From Octopus bimaculoides (Eukaryota), in the NCBI RefSeq assembly GCF_001194135.2, contig NC_068987.1, forward strand, positions 80,563,230-80,610,681: DNA of 47,452 bases, read 5' to 3'. The notes beneath the pieces were generated by a model, which did no database searches, was not told where the DNA came from, and was given only the letters and a program-made list of their open reading frames with translations. The position numbers and the translations under genes were made by a program. How positions within the stretch are numbered: position 1 is the first letter of the stretch; every line of letters begins with the position of its first letter. This document shows positions 1 to 13,036 of the stretch, piece after piece.

Positions 1-40
1 AGAACAAAAAAGAAATGCGCAACAGATATGACAAGGTGTC

Positions 41-200
41 TGGCCCAACACTCTTGCAGTTCGGCTAATCCACCACCTAGGGTTGGTACCTTTTTCGAAC
101 CCGAAATGATAAAAGGCAATGCTGACTTCGATGCCAATTGAAACCAGAGAACTACAAGGTATTTTATTCAACGTGGTAACAATTCTGCCAAATCACCGTC
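41..200 (-). mobile_element. Degenerate SINE family B fragment
   Basis: cgaacccgaaatgataaaaggcaatgctgacttcg...aattctgccaaatcaccgtc is a diverged reverse-complement match to the family B core and head seen at 37656-37895. Confidence 0.45.
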
Positions 201-557
201 TTTCTTTTTGCGACAGCTAAGCTTTTATTTATTAGTTGGTAAGAAATCGCAGCCAATACACTCCAGCTTCTGTACCCCAGAAATGTTGTCGCCTCTTTCT
301 ATCTTTTCTACCGTTACTATAGGGGTCTCTGCTCCTTGGAGCTGACTAGTGTCACGCCATCTTGACTTAAACGCCCCCAAGTCACTCGTTTCTCTTCTTA
401 TCACGTCTCACATATTGTGACCACCACTCGTAGACTTCTTTCCCAGACCATCTTCCTTCATTAATTTCATTCCGTGTAAATATATCTCGTACAATGTAAA
501 ACAATATGTAAAACAAATGTCAAAATTTATTGAGTTTTATTTTTCGTTTTCCTTTAG

Positions 558-651
558 CTTTCGTCTGACAGCTGTTCAACATGAACGTTACGTTAATGAT
601 ATCAATTTCACCGGTCTTGGAGAAACGGCAAAAACTGCTCATCTTCCTTAA
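558..651 (+). CDS. Candidate terminal coding exon of an unidentified gene lying upstream of the window (xFRLTAVQHERYVNDINFTGLGETAKTAHLP*)
   Basis: Strong pyrimidine tract and acceptor (ttttatttttcgttttcctttag|C). One frame is open for 30 codons to TAA 649-651, the other two stop early, and an AT-rich UTR-like stretch follows. No homology recognised. Confidence 0.35.
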
Positions 652-1488
652 GACCAAACCAATAACATTTTTAAAAAATAATACTTTTACAAACGCAAAT
701 TACTATATTAGATTTATTCTCAGTTCATTCAATAATTGTTAAATCAACTGCAAAGCAGTAGGATTTAAAGTGGATGAGTCAGTCGAACTAGACACATCTT
801 CAATAATTGCCCTAGGGTGGATCTGCTAAAAATATCATTTTCTTTCCATTACATTCTTCGGTGGATATTGGCAACGATTTCTTAGATTACTCATCTCAAC
901 GTATACAGTACATTGTTTTTTTGTTATTTCTAATTCAATTTTACGAAATTGACAAGTAATTCTTGAAGTATTAACAAAACCTTAAACTAATGTCTTGAAG
1001 ATTTATCTCTTGCAGATATTTTATGACAAGTTAGATTCCATATCACTTTCGTATCGCAATTTTTCTATTTATAATCTTGATTTTTATTCAAAGTAGAATG
1101 AAATATAGTAATTTTTAAGAAAATTCTTCTCAATTTCTATACCTTTATCTTATTATTTTTTTATATTTGTTTAACATTTTTCGTTTTATATTAAACGAGA
1201 TATAATATTTACATGGGAGACAATTCACGCCTTCACTACCAAACATAGATTCTTCAGTTTTATATCCATAAAACAAAATAATGAAAATAAGAGAAAGATA
1301 ACTATTTCTTACTCTTTTGAAAAACGGGACTTCTCTATCTGCAAATTATTGTAATATTATAACTTGAAACGACAAGCTTCTTTGTTTAAATTATAATACC
1401 CCGAGATCCATTTGTTCTATATTAACTATCCTTCTCGGTGCGTGTAATAGGTTGCAAAATAAATTCGTTTGTTTAATCTTATTTTATT

Positions 1489-1865
1489 TTAATCCTTATT
1501 GGCGTGTGGCATCCATGCACCGAATTTCTGTACTTTATTCATCGAGTGAAGGTGACATGCTATGGTATCATGAGAACATCCCATCTGCTGGGTCAATTCT
1601 CTAGTTGAATGGCGCGGATCCTTGCAGATCAACTGGTTCAATTGATCCTCATTGAACTGAACAAATCGGCCAAATAGCGGAGAGTTGTAAGGTCGAATTT
1701 CTCCTCCCTTGAAGCGTGAAAACCATTTCTGCTTAGTTCTTTCACTTATAGCATCTTCTCTGTACACAGCACAAATGCCTTGTGTTACTTTGGCAACTTT
1801 GGAACTTTGATTAAAAGCGAAGAGAAGCAGATGTCGACAATGCTTTTTGTTTTCTACTTGCCTGA
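1489..1865 (-). pseudogene. Mariner transposase N-terminal fragment (HTH DNA-binding region to WVPH-like motif)
   Basis: HCRHLLLFAF...ICAVYREDAISERT..KWFSRFK.G...GRFVQFNEDQLNQLI..DPRHSTRELTQQMGCSH.TI..HLHSMNKVQKFGAWMPH matches the mariner N-terminus. It is truncated before the DD34D domain. Confidence 0.85.
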
Positions 1866-2560
1866 AAAGAAATAAAATTTTATTCAAATTAAAAAAAAAA
1901 CGATAAATTTTAAATGAAATTTTGAGAATTTCGTCATTCCACTTCCAGTGACACCACTCTGAACAATCTTCTTTTAAACTATTACATTTTTTGTTTAACC
2001 TCTCGCAGTGGATATGTGACATTTAATTATAAATCGAAGGAAAATTTGGCATACAACGTGATAAGTGATATTTCTAAGTTCAAGAACTCGTATTTCCAAA
2101 AACAGCCGAAGGTGATAAATTTTTTCATGCCATTTCCTTTTTGCTTTGTTGTAAAATATTTAATCAATACTGTAATGTAAACAGCTTTGTATTCAAATAT
2201 GTAACTGGTAAATATCGCTCACCAGCTGCGATATGTTGACAATATTTAGATTTTAGATATGTTGTTGACTCGTCGCTATATTACACGACATGTAAAATAC
2301 AAGACATTATGATACAGAACAAAGAGTCGATTTTAAAATCATTTGTAATCATTATTTTCATAATATCAAAATGATTTATAACCTCTGTTTTAAAGTGTTC
2401 ATTCTTATCATACAAGATACAAGAATGAATATATTTAAAGAGACATGATTTTTTACTATCATCTAAATAAAATATGTTGGATTTTGAAACAGCTACATAT
2501 ATCGCGTCTGTATGCAGTTCTTCACTAAATTTTCAGTATTGAGTTTCGAAGTCTTGTAAA

Positions 2561-2590
2561 GAGGAGGAGGAGGAGGAGGAGGAGGAGGAG
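2561..2590. repeat. (GAG)10 microsatellite, probable tail of the adjacent minus-strand SINE
   Basis: Direct reading. Confidence 0.9.
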
Positions 2591-2951
2591 TTGTGTATGG
2601 GACATGCACTGTAAGAGCACGTCGCTGCGTCCACCATTTGTTGACATAACTCCTCTGTACCACTCAGGCGATAACCTTCTCAGCCCACGGGTCTAGTTGA
2701 ATAGTCGTTGCTAAAGAGCATTTTACGAGTTCGGAATGCAAATCCTACCTCAACCTCCCTCTTTCAGTCGCCTTTTACGACACACAGAGGAAATGTTGGT
2801 CTATTCTTTGACATGCCGGTCCCCACACAACACTAGGGCAACGTGAAATGAAGTGTTTTACTCAAGAACACAAGATGCTGCCCGATCCGGAAATCGAACC
2901 CAAGATCTGGTGATCGTGATTGCAACATCCTATCTTCTTGGTCACGCACCT
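2591..2951 (-). mobile_element. tRNA-derived SINE, family C
   Basis: Minus strand shows a B-box-like ggttcgatttccgg, then cttgagtaaaacacttcatttcacgttgccc, a gtgtcgtaaaaggcgactg motif and a (CCT)n tail. Confidence 0.6.
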
Positions 2952-4200
2952 TCACAACAACTGGTAATATGGTAAAACGATTATGTAGTATTATGAGACT
3001 TCTTAAAGCACAACCGGTATCTGCAAGCGTTAAAAGATCTTTAGTAACTTACAATTCTGTTTTTGTATTTGCTTTACAAGATTCTTGATGCGAACTGGTG
3101 CGTTGAAACAGATTTCGTTGTACCACCATTATGCCAAAAATAAAGTAGGACATGACTGTGAAAAGGCTGCAAATGGTGGTGAAAGGACTTTGACAAATAT
3201 AACTGATTGATTGATTGATTAAACGAATGAGTAATCAAACAATCGATCAGAAAGTTGGTTAATAAAGAAGTGAAATAGGACCAGTGTGTGTGTTTATCAT
3301 TAGCATAATGACCCTCCCGAAATAGAACAAAAAGCATAAAATAATATATATATAATGTTTAACATATATTCAATTGTTAAATGAAAGACATGAAATAACG
3401 TAATTTTAAGAATGGTAGAAGAATGGACAGGAGAAAATACTTAGAAATGGGTGAGAGAAAATACTTAGAAATACTTACTGCAGGAAAGCATGGCAGTAAA
3501 GTAGGTATAAGCATACATAGTGTAGTAAGTCAAGGAATTTTTATTAATGAAATTTACGTCTTTATTAATGAGATGACTCATTATTTCAATGACTATTTGT
3601 GGTCAAAAAGTGTGGAAATACAAGTGCTAAATTTTAATGAATTAAAATTAAACACGGAGCACAAATTAATGGAGTGAGCCCGTTCTTTAACATGTAGGGT
3701 GAAAACTTCGTACATGTTTCTTGGTTTGCTAGAACCATGGCCGATATCTGATATTGATGTGATTTTTTTATTGCCATGAACTGGTTTCATTTTCAGAAGA
3801 TACAATTAGTTTTGCTAAATTAAGACAAGAAACACAAATAAAATTAAGAGAACATCACTGAATGGTTGTTTAGACGCAGGTCAAACTTTGATGAAGTAGA
3901 CGTTACTACTGGTCCAACACTCACCTTTTTGGGGAGTTGTGTAAGATCATATTACCCAGAGTGTTATTTTCTCCTCAGTTCTTTATTAATGTGAAAACAA
4001 AATAGAGCTGGAATTCATGTAATTCGTCTATCTTCGCCTCGATCTTGAACGAGATTAAATAAATTAAAAATTCTTTTATTAAACTTACCAATTTGTCCAC
4101 TCATTTTTTAAATCTTCACAGCCCACTCATCTAGAAATAGAATAGAAACACTATTTTATGGTGCTTAACATTAAATAGATTATAATATTACTTTCGTTCG

Positions 4201-4412
4201 AGGCAGTGAGCAGGTAAATTCGTTAGCAACTGGGAAAAATGCTTAACACTCTCTCGTCCGAGTTTATGTTCTGACATCAAATTCCGCTGAGGCCGCATTT
4301 GCCTTTCATCCTTTCGGGATTGATAAAATAAGTAATAACTGAGACCTAGCGTCGATGTAATCAACTTACCCACTCCTCCGAAATTGCCGGCCTTGTGCCA
4401 AAATTTCAAACC
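4201..4412 (+). mobile_element. SINE family B (tRNA-like head plus Deu/Nin-like central domain)
   Basis: Head ...catcaaattccgctgagg, core tttgcctttcatcctttcgggattgataaaataagta, 3' part ggccttgtgccaaaatttcaaacc. Confidence 0.8.
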
Positions 4413-4580
4413 ATCATTACTCAACAGTAGAAAGTGCAGAACCGTTAGGACGTTGGATATTTCTTCCCGTTCTTTACGTTCCAAGATCAAATCTTTTCGA
4501 AGTCGTCTTTAATTTTTATCGTTTCAAGTTCAATAAAATAAAGTTTTGGAATCGATGTCCCCGACTTGTGCCTTTCCCTG

Positions 4581-4682
4581 AAAATTCCGCCGAAGTCGAT
4601 TTTGCCTTTCATCCTTTTGTGGTCGTCAAAATAAGTACTAGTTGAGCACTGGGGTTGATGGAATCCACTTACCCCCCCCCCC
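4581..4682 (+). mobile_element. SINE family B fragment running into a gap
   Basis: aaattccgccgaagtcgattttgcctttcatcc...gagcactggggttgatggaatccactt. Confidence 0.75.
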
Positions 4683-5061
4683 NNNNNNNNNNNNNNNNNN
4701 NNNNNNNNNNNNNNNNNNNNNNNNNNNNNNNNNNTCAAATTTTGAAATTAATATTAGTTCCTTTCAACAAGGTCGCTTTCATAAATCTTATCGTTCCTGC
4801 TAACGTAAAATGGTAATTTCGATATCAGATGGAATTTAAATGATACATGAAATTTAATCTATTCGCTGACGTCCTGTGAGCTATTAATTTAATAATAATC
4901 TGATTTTAATTAAGAATAAAGTTGGGAAATTGATATCGGATGGATATGGAGACATTTGATGTGGAGATGTTCTTAAAGTTCATCGTCCTTAAATTCACTT
5001 CTTAGAAACTCAATAAATTTAAATAAATTACGAAAAAACGAATTAGAACAAACATTTTATA

Positions 5062-5225
5062 CAGGCATGGCTGTATAGTTAAGGAGATCGCTTGGCAGCC
5101 GTGTGCTTTCGGGTTCGATCACACAGCGCAGCATCTTGAGCAAATGTTTTCTACTATAATCCCGAACCGACCAATGACTTGTCAATGAATTTGGTATGCA
5201 TACACGATCCCCGTCGTACATGTAT
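5062..5225 (+). mobile_element. Diverged SINE family A 5' half
   Basis: A-box-like tggctgtatagt, B-box-like gggttcgatcac, then gcatcttgagcaaatgttttctactata...gaccaatgacttgtcaatgaatttggta. Confidence 0.65.
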
Positions 5226-5320
5226 GTATGTCTATATATACAGATGTACATATGTATATATACATATATATATATATAAATACACATCTATATATACATG
5301 TATGTATAGATAGACACAGA

Positions 5321-5362
<42 letters not shown>

Positions 5363-5614
5363 NNNNNNNNNNCTCGGAGCTTCTTCTCCTCAGTCGAGTT
5401 CCAGAACGTCTTTGCAGTTTCGGCAGGTTACAATCGAGACTGCTCCAGTCTGGCCTGCCCCAAGAAAATTTAAGCTAAGAGCACTAGACTCCTCGGAAGA
5501 AAGCCAGCGAATGTATACGAAAACAAGGACGAAAAAAAAACGGAGAAATGGTACACAATTACAAATACAAACAACAGTACATTAACAACAATATATATTT
5601 ATTTTATTTGTTTT

Positions 5615-5840
5615 ATTTCTTTTGTTTCAGTCATTTGATTGCGGCAGTGCTGGAGCACCACCTTTAGTCAAAACAAATCGACCCCAGGACTTATTCTTTG
5701 TAAGCTTAGTAATTATTCTGTCGGGTTCTTTTGCCGAACCGCTAAGTTACGGGGAAGTAAACACGCCAACATCGGTTGTCAATCGATGGTGGGGGTACAA
5801 ACACAGACACACAAATACACACACACACACACACCTGTAT
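5615..5840 (-). mobile_element. SINE family A 3' half
   Basis: tttcagtcatttgattgcggc..tgctggagcacc...aaatcgaccccaggacttattctttgtaag...gccgaaccgctaagttacgggg...caaacacagacacacaa. Confidence 0.85.
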
Positions 5841-6659
5841 ATACGGTTAGTAGAGTTAGACGATGGAATAACAGTCTAAGGGATAAAAGTATCCGCTATA
5901 CTACCGGTATAATTACCTATGTTAACCCTGGACATACATATGTAAGCATATTATTCTCATAGGTTACAGGTAATGACAAAGATAAACATGAGTTTATCAG
6001 GAATCAAATTTAAAGTAAACAGCAATTGGAGAAATATTGATCAACAATTGACTTACATCAATTATTATTTTTTAAATTCAATACAAATAGACTGCATCCC
6101 ATTTGGCAGCTGTTTCTGCTTCCAATGTTTTATGGTATTGCCATTGATAGTCTAAAAGTAACATTCATCATATTTGGTAATAAATCCGATCTGAAACATA
6201 GAGCTTCGTCAGAGTGAAGAAAAATACATACATAAAAGAAAAGAAAAGAAGAGCCCAGAGAGGAAAAGGAACCATCTTGCTTATGTGTCGCTTTAGGAAC
6301 GTTGAGTAAATGACTAAACTTAAAATAGTAATTGGTGGGTTAATTTTTTTTTATGGGAGTAATAGGTTGCATCAGTAATAAACAAAGTAAAAATTAAAAA
6401 AATTACAATAATGGGATACGTCAATAGGTTTTGTCAAAGAGGGAGTGAAAGTATCATAGCGTTTTGAAGTAATCATAATAGTTCTTAATAATTATGTTTA
6501 TAGTACTAATTAATAGTTCTTAACATAATAAAGTGCCTGACAATTAATTTCAATTATTTACTTACTGATATGTGATAAAGTCTAACCACCTATTGCCCGT
6601 AATGGGATTGACCAAGGTCCAGCGTTCGATATAATTGGTCAGACAGACAGTCTGACTGA

Positions 6660-6674
6660 TAAATAAATAAATAA

Positions 6675-6720
<46 letters not shown>
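6660..6720. repeat. (TAAA)n/(GATA)n microsatellite
   Basis: Direct reading. Confidence 0.9.
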
Positions 6721-6759
6721 CCAAACAGCAACATATGTATATGCGTGTATGTTTAAGAT

Positions 6760-6935
6760 TCCACCATCACTTGACAGCCGATGTTAGCTTGTTTACATTC
6801 TCGCAAATTAGCGTTTCGGCAAAATAGAGCGATAAAGAAATAAGTCCTAGGATCAATTTGTTCCACTAACCTTTCGGGGAAGTTTCTCAACATGGCTGCA
6901 GTCCAATGAATGAAGTAAATAAAAAAATAAAAGAT
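6760..6935 (+). mobile_element. SINE family A 3' half, diverged
   Basis: cacttgacagccgatgtt...ttagcgtttcggcaaaa...aataagtcctaggatcaatttg...catggctgcagtccaatgaatgaa. Confidence 0.7.
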
Positions 6936-7369
6936 AATACAGTACATTGTTCCTGAATTGCAATTGTTTTTTTTTTTTTTGTAAGTGTTATGGTTAGGGA
7001 TTATAAGAGTAGGTACAAAATGGACTGCATGAAAATTGTTTGTTTCGTTATTTGTTTTTAATACTTAAAAATTACAGGTAAAAAATGTATGTTTACTTAC
7101 GGAAATATAGCGATAAAACAAAATCATTTCAAAAATAAACCAATTAATTATTTGTTTTATTTGAATTTACGAAGAATATGTGCATTTATGCGAAGAATGT
7201 ATATTTATACGTAATTTAGAACATTGAACTCCATGAACACCGATACCGGTTATAATGTTGTTCGTAAATGGAATAACTGAAACGCTTTGATTTTAACCGG
7301 AAATCCAGGTATCCCCTGCAGTTAAGGTTAGTTTTAATATTTCAATTAAAGTGTATTTTCATGATGAGC

Positions 7370-7870
7370 TGATTCACAGCTACTGCCTGAACATCGACAA
7401 GCTGTTTCCACTTTCACAGTGAGAATTGATAAGTCTTGATTGACATTAATATTATTGTATAGAAGCACTATAGTTCAGTGTATCCTAGATGGTTTTAGGA
7501 CACTTCCAATCTTCAGTGCAGAGGAAATCGGAAGCTGAGGTCATGCGTATGCAACCACTACGAATTACCAGGGGTAAGATACAAAATTTTGCACTTGCAT
7601 ATTCCAAGCAGCTTTACAAGCGGAGGCAGACTGAAAATTGATAAGGAATGTCTGATAACAGCACTTTTCCTTGAAATCCTCTGAATGGTAAAGTCGATTT
7701 AATCTACACCTTTACTTTACTGGAGTTTATTTTAGCCACTCTGGAAAGTTGAGCAACAAAGTGGAATGTTAGTACAGCTTTTTGCTGTCGTAGTGCAAAT
7801 GAGACGCATCTTCAGCTCTTGATGTATTAAAGCTTTCTCAAAATTCATAACTTTCCTTCATTTATCTGCA
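7370..7870 (-). pseudogene. Heavily decayed LINE (RTE-like) reverse-transcriptase C-terminal relic
   Basis: Broken minus-strand frames give SACKLLG, LKIGSVL, NNINVNQDLS and KVETA, resembling FASACK.FGL...LEVV...GS.LS.N..ID.EI..RI.KA.TAF of RTE RTs. Many stops and frameshifts. Confidence 0.4.
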
Positions 7871-8326
7871 GATTCAATATAATTTACATCGCTGCTCTTT
7901 ACATTACAACTTTATTTTTACGTTTACATCTAGTCTTTCATCTTAAATTACACACGATGATCGCTGATGCTACTTCTTCTTGTTGCTTTAGACGTTGTTG
8001 TTCTTGCTCCTTTGTTCTTTCTTACTGATCCCGCATTTTCTAAGAAAACTAAATTCAAAGCAGTCGCTGTAATGTCTTGAAGATGTCGAGTCTTCTAGTT
8101 CTTCGCTGTTTTTCTTTTATTACTTTTGTATTTATTGTTTCCTTGTTAGTTGTAAGTCTTGTTCATATTTATATACTTTATTATTTTTCAGCATTATTTT
8201 GTTGTTGCTTTTATTGTTAGTATCAAAATAAATGTGAGTCGGTCGTATAAAATAATTACTCTGAAAATGCAATTTGCAACATCGTTAGAGAACTATCTAA
8301 CTAATAGCATTTTTGAACAATTTCAG

Positions 8327-8403
8327 ACTGATATCTTTATCAGAAGGGATAATATCGGCAAGTGGATGATGTCAGAATATCTCGATAACTATCTTCCAAG
8401 TCG
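8327..8403 (+). CDS. Candidate internal exon (TDIFIRRDNIGKWMMSEYLDNYLPS/R)
   Basis: tttcag| acceptor, CG|gtaaga donor, one open frame. No homology recognised. Confidence 0.25.
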
Positions 8404-9099
8404 GTAAGATTTTGAAAGCAACAACATAAAACGTGATACAAACTTTAGATATTTGTAGAATTGACATCAAAAGTGGGTGAAGCTGAAATAATATTCCATA
8501 AAGATTGATTTTTCTTTCTTCTTTTACAATTTGCTGTCTCCGAAAAATTCGCAACCTTGCTATCTTACCAAAGCCTGTACTGTAATTAATTGATAGCGCT
8601 ACAAGTAATTTTGTTCGTATCTATTCGTTTCTGTATTTTAGCATTTAATGGTCAAGAATTGTCACGCCTGCGCAAAAACATTTTATCTATATCTCTCTCC
8701 TTTTACACATACTCACACATACACACTTGGGTACGCACATACACACACAGGACGCACAATTACACGCACACACATACTGTTGTATATTCGTACTGGAAGA
8801 ACGATAATTTAAAGTGATATATTCGACACATAAATCAGGAAAGGAAGTATTTGTTTATTAAGATCATGGTTCTAACATGATCTGCTGGGTTTCATTTTTC
8901 TTAGATTTTATCTGAGAGCCTAATGCAATGGAGAATGAATCATGACAGATCTTGCTTGATCTATCATTGAAATAGACAAATAAATGAGTTATTCCAACAA
9001 AACGCTGCTTAATTGAGGCTTCCAAGTTTCATAGGCAGCAATTTTTATTCACAGTTGCAGTCACTCTACATTTCGTTCCAATGAATTATTTAATCCTAC

Positions 9100-9227
9100 G
9101 TCTTTACTCTTTACTCGTTTACTCTTTTACTTGTTTCAGTCTCTTTTGTCGAACCGCTAAGTTACGGGGACATAAACACACCAGCATCGGTTGTCAAGAA
9201 ATGCTAGGGGGGACAAACACAGACACA

Positions 9228-9265
<38 letters not shown>

Positions 9266-9542
9266 NNNNNNNNNNNNNNNNNNNNNNNNNNNNNNNNNNN
9301 NNNNNNNNNNNNNNNNNNNNNNNNNNNNNNNNNNNNNNNNNNNNNNNNNNNNNNNNNNNNNATATATATATATATACATATATACGACGGGCTTCTTTCA
9401 GTTTGCGTCTACCAAATCCACTCACAAGGCTTTGGTCGGCCCGAGACTATTGTAGAAGACACTTGCCCAAGATGTCACGCAGTGGGACTGAACCCGGAAC
9501 CATGTAGTTGGTAAGCAACCTACTTACCACACAGCCACTCCT
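9100..9542 (-). mobile_element. Near full-length SINE family A with an internal (CA)n spanning a gap and a small 3' deletion
   Basis: Head cagtgggactgaacccggaaccatg...taccacacagccactcct, central acgggcttctttcagtttgcgtctaccaaatccactcacaaggctttggtcggcccgag, tail (ctcttttta)-like repeats. Confidence 0.9.
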
Positions 9543-9809
9543 CTCGGGTTATTGTTACTTGTTTTCCAAATTTCTTAGAAACAAACTCTTAATATATAAT
9601 TACGAGTGCGTGCGTGTGTGTGTGTGCGTGCGTATGTGTGTTTGTACATCTTCATGAACATTCTATGTAATTGGGCGTTGACTGAAGATTATTGCAATGT
9701 ACACATAAGCAATGTGAAACCACAGGTATCAGCTTCGCAAGAGAACAACATAATGAATAATTCGCATTCTATTAAAGCAGTAATGTCTACTCTTTCATTG
9801 TGTATATAC

Positions 9810-10140
9810 AGGCGCAGACGTGGCTGTGTGGTAAGTAGCTTGTTTCCCAACCACATGGTTCCGGGTTCAGTCTTCTATTATGGGTTTGTCAGACAGAAAC
9901 TGAAAGAAGCTCATGGTATATATGTATATATTTGTGTGTTTGAGTTTCTCTCCCCTCCATCGCTTGGAAACCGATGTTGGTGTGTTTACTTCCCGTAACT
10001 TAGCTGTTCGGCAAAATAGAATGAGAGAATAAGTACTAGGCTCACAAAGAATAAGTCCTGGGGTCGATTTGTTCGATTAAAAGTGGTGCTCCATCATGGC
10101 CGCATTCAAATGACTGGAACAAGTAAAAGAATAAAAGAAT
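9810..10140 (+). mobile_element. SINE family A, internally deleted
   Basis: aggcgcagacgtggctgtgtggtaagtagc...ggttccgggttcagtc ... aagtcctggggtcgatttgttcg...aacaagtaaaagaataaaagaat. Confidence 0.9.
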
Positions 10141-10148
10141 ATATGTAA

Positions 10149-10212
10149 GACTGAACCCGGGACCATGTGGTTGGTAAGCAAGCAGCTTACCACATAGCCA
10201 CTCCTGCACCTA
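10149..10212 (-). mobile_element. SINE family A tRNA-like head only
   Basis: gactgaacccgggaccatgtggttggtaagcaagcagcttaccacatagccactcctgcacct. Confidence 0.8.
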
Positions 10213-10226
10213 TACATACATACATA

Positions 10227-10286
<60 letters not shown>

Positions 10287-12977
10287 TGTGTTTGTGTGTG
10301 TGTGTGTGTGTGTATCTAAATCCTTTTTAAGTCAAGTTTTATTTATGGTCCATTCAAGTAGTGAGTTCTTATTGAGTGTTTATGGTCCATTCAGTTTAGT
10401 GAGTGCCCTCTGGGGTGATTCAATCCTATCATATCTTGCTTTCTGACTAATTTCTTATATTGTTGAGGACACTGACCACTAATCACTAGATCAGATTTAA
10501 TTAAATTATATGATATCCATGCTTGTTCTCAAGATATTAAACATAACTTCAAGTAATAATCGAAGCCAGTTTAAAATCAGTTCGCCAGCAATTTACTTAT
10601 TTTCGATACTGGCTTATCTGGTGATAATAACAGTACCATTTGATATTTCCCTTTAACCATAAATAGCAGATCTTCAACAAAAATAAAGTTAAAGTCAGCT
10701 ACAATTGCTCCAAGCCTTCGCTCTTTGCACACTACGAACGCACGTATCCCTTCTTTTTGAAATTACAACACACTTAATATCTGGTCTCTCAAATTTATAT
10801 GCCTTTCCAAAGTATTAGTTTATCGGGAGGTCTCTCTTGCACACTACTATGAAACAGAATGTTAATACAGGACTTACCTGAAAATCCTTTTGAGAAAGTA
10901 TACTCGCAACACATGTACATATGCAGAAAGATACACAGAAGTACGCCTCACCGCCTCACGAGAGAAACTTATTCAGAGTAGCAAGAGTAATAATATTCAC
11001 AAATAAGAAACAGCTTCATCTTTTATGTAACACGTATACACATACATCAATATCTCTAAGAAATACAGCATCGTTTGGCATTTTTAAAAAATACCGGAAC
11101 TGGTAAATCCTTGCAGACACTTCCAGTGATAGTTATTGAGACATTTTCAAATACCACCCAGTTAAAATAGTATATTTGCTGCAGGATAAATTTACCCTAT
11201 CATTAAACTTGGTTGCATGAAAAAAACCAACGCTCAGCGTTCTATCATCATAAAACTACATTATCAGGTTTCCCTCTTTATTAGTTTGTGCTTAACACAT
11301 ATGGTAATGACGGTATGACAATATTGCATGTTTTACATTTCGAAACATTAATATATCATATTTTCTGCGTATCGCAATTGACGAAATGTATGTGACAAAT
11401 TTTCAAACGTTTTTTATCGTTTTTTTGTTTTCTTTTTGCAAACAAACAGATTTCTATGAATAATTTATATTTCGTTGTATTTAGGAACAGTTTTGTCATG
11501 GTACCCCACAATGACAATTGCACGAAGAATGAAACCTTTGAAATGACAAAAGACTATATTGTCACACTGTTTCTATTCTTTAATCGTTTGAATGACTGGC
11601 AACGTAGAACACTAAATAGTGATTCTAGAAACTTCTTATAATATGATACATATATATGAACACACCATATATACACCCTACCACACCACTCACACACATA
11701 TTATATATGCATGTGTGTGTATACATATGTGTGTATGTGTGTGTGTGTGTGAAAGAGTGTGAATGTATATATGTATGTGTTCATATGTATGTGTATTTGC
11801 GCATTATGAATATGTGTGCATGCGTGTATGTTTTATTTTTGCCGGTATCAAAACGAGAATTTATCTTACTGACCCCAGTTCGATAGAATGTCTCTATTAT
11901 ACAACATGCATACACCTACATTACTACCTCTTGAATATCTAATCTTTGTCTTTCGGAGAAATACAATATACTTTGGTATGTTTTTAAAGAAAATCTCGTA
12001 TTTGGGAATCGGTAAGATTTACTAAATAAGGGGTTGTAATACGGCAGCAATCAAATAACTGAAACCAGAAAATAAATAGTCATGAAATTAAATCTTAACA
12101 TTGACCCAAGCCCTTTGTTGTTCTTTTATTCACCGCTCATATTTGTCCTTAAAAATTTTATCTGAGAATTGTGCTGTCTTTTGTAACATTGGTTATTGCT
12201 GTAAATAGTTGTAAATAGAGAATTTTCTTTAACCTTTTGAAACTATTAATTCCATGCTTACAAATAGGTTATTTTGAAATCTGGAGCTTCATTCTTTTAC
12301 TGTTGCTGTTGTTGTTATTGTTGTTGTTGTTGCTGCTGTCGTTGAATTGCAAGACATTCTCGCAGTATGATAATTATAAAGATAATTTACTTAAATGAAT
12401 CTTTACTTGCGGCAATCTGTTATAGAATATAATAATAATCAGTTCAAAAGGCCTTTAAGAGAGATGCCAATAGATTTTTTTTTTTGTTAAAACTGACGCC
12501 ATTCCGTCAATCCTAGGTCTCCTCCTTCTCCTCCTCATCATCATTATCATTATTATTATTGTTGTTGTTGTTATATTCATGTATATATTTGATTTTCATG
12601 AGATAAACTTCAAGTGTATTTTTATGAAGTAAAATCGTTATATCCTCTTTTAATAGACAAAAATAAATCCAACTCAAACAAAAGCAACAAAATTCTACAA
12701 TAAACAACGACACACCAAACAAAGAACTAAATGTTTCAAAACCAATAGAAATTCTAGTTTATGTCTTTCTTTTTCACTAAATGGTTCTAGCTTTGTAATT
12801 CTTGTATCTTTTGCAATACACAATACACATTAAATGGCTTCAATTATTTGACTGCTGACCTTTTGTGGTACCACTTTCAAATGTCTTTTAGTCGATTACA
12901 TCAACTCCTGTACTTGTATCAGTTTGGCTTATATTTTACCGATTTCTGTTTATCATTATTTATCAAACAGGTATTAA

Positions 12978-13036
12978 AAAAAACGGCGGTGCATCAGCAT
13001 GGCCGCAGCTGTGAGCTGAAACTATAGAGAAAAAAA
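12978..13036 (+). mobile_element. SINE 3' tail fragment (family A-related variant)
   Basis: aaacggcggtgcatcagcatggccgcagctgtgagctgaaactatagagaaaaaaa. A near-identical copy lies in reverse at 47141-47203. Confidence 0.65.

Noticed and set aside
5373-5470. Minus-strand CUGGAGCAG...CUGCCGAAAC resembling a hammerhead
   Set aside because: The CUGANGA box is absent, and stem II and helix III cannot be placed in register.
9480-9545. tRNA-like A/B boxes as genuine tRNA genes (also at other SINE heads)
   Set aside because: No cloverleaf or acceptor stem, and each is fused to a SINE body.
5990-11000. Several minus-strand GTAAGT donors (about 6058, 7101, 10878) with nearby acceptors, suggesting a multi-exon gene
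   Set aside because: All enclosed frames contain stops, and this donor density is about what chance gives in such AT-rich DNA.
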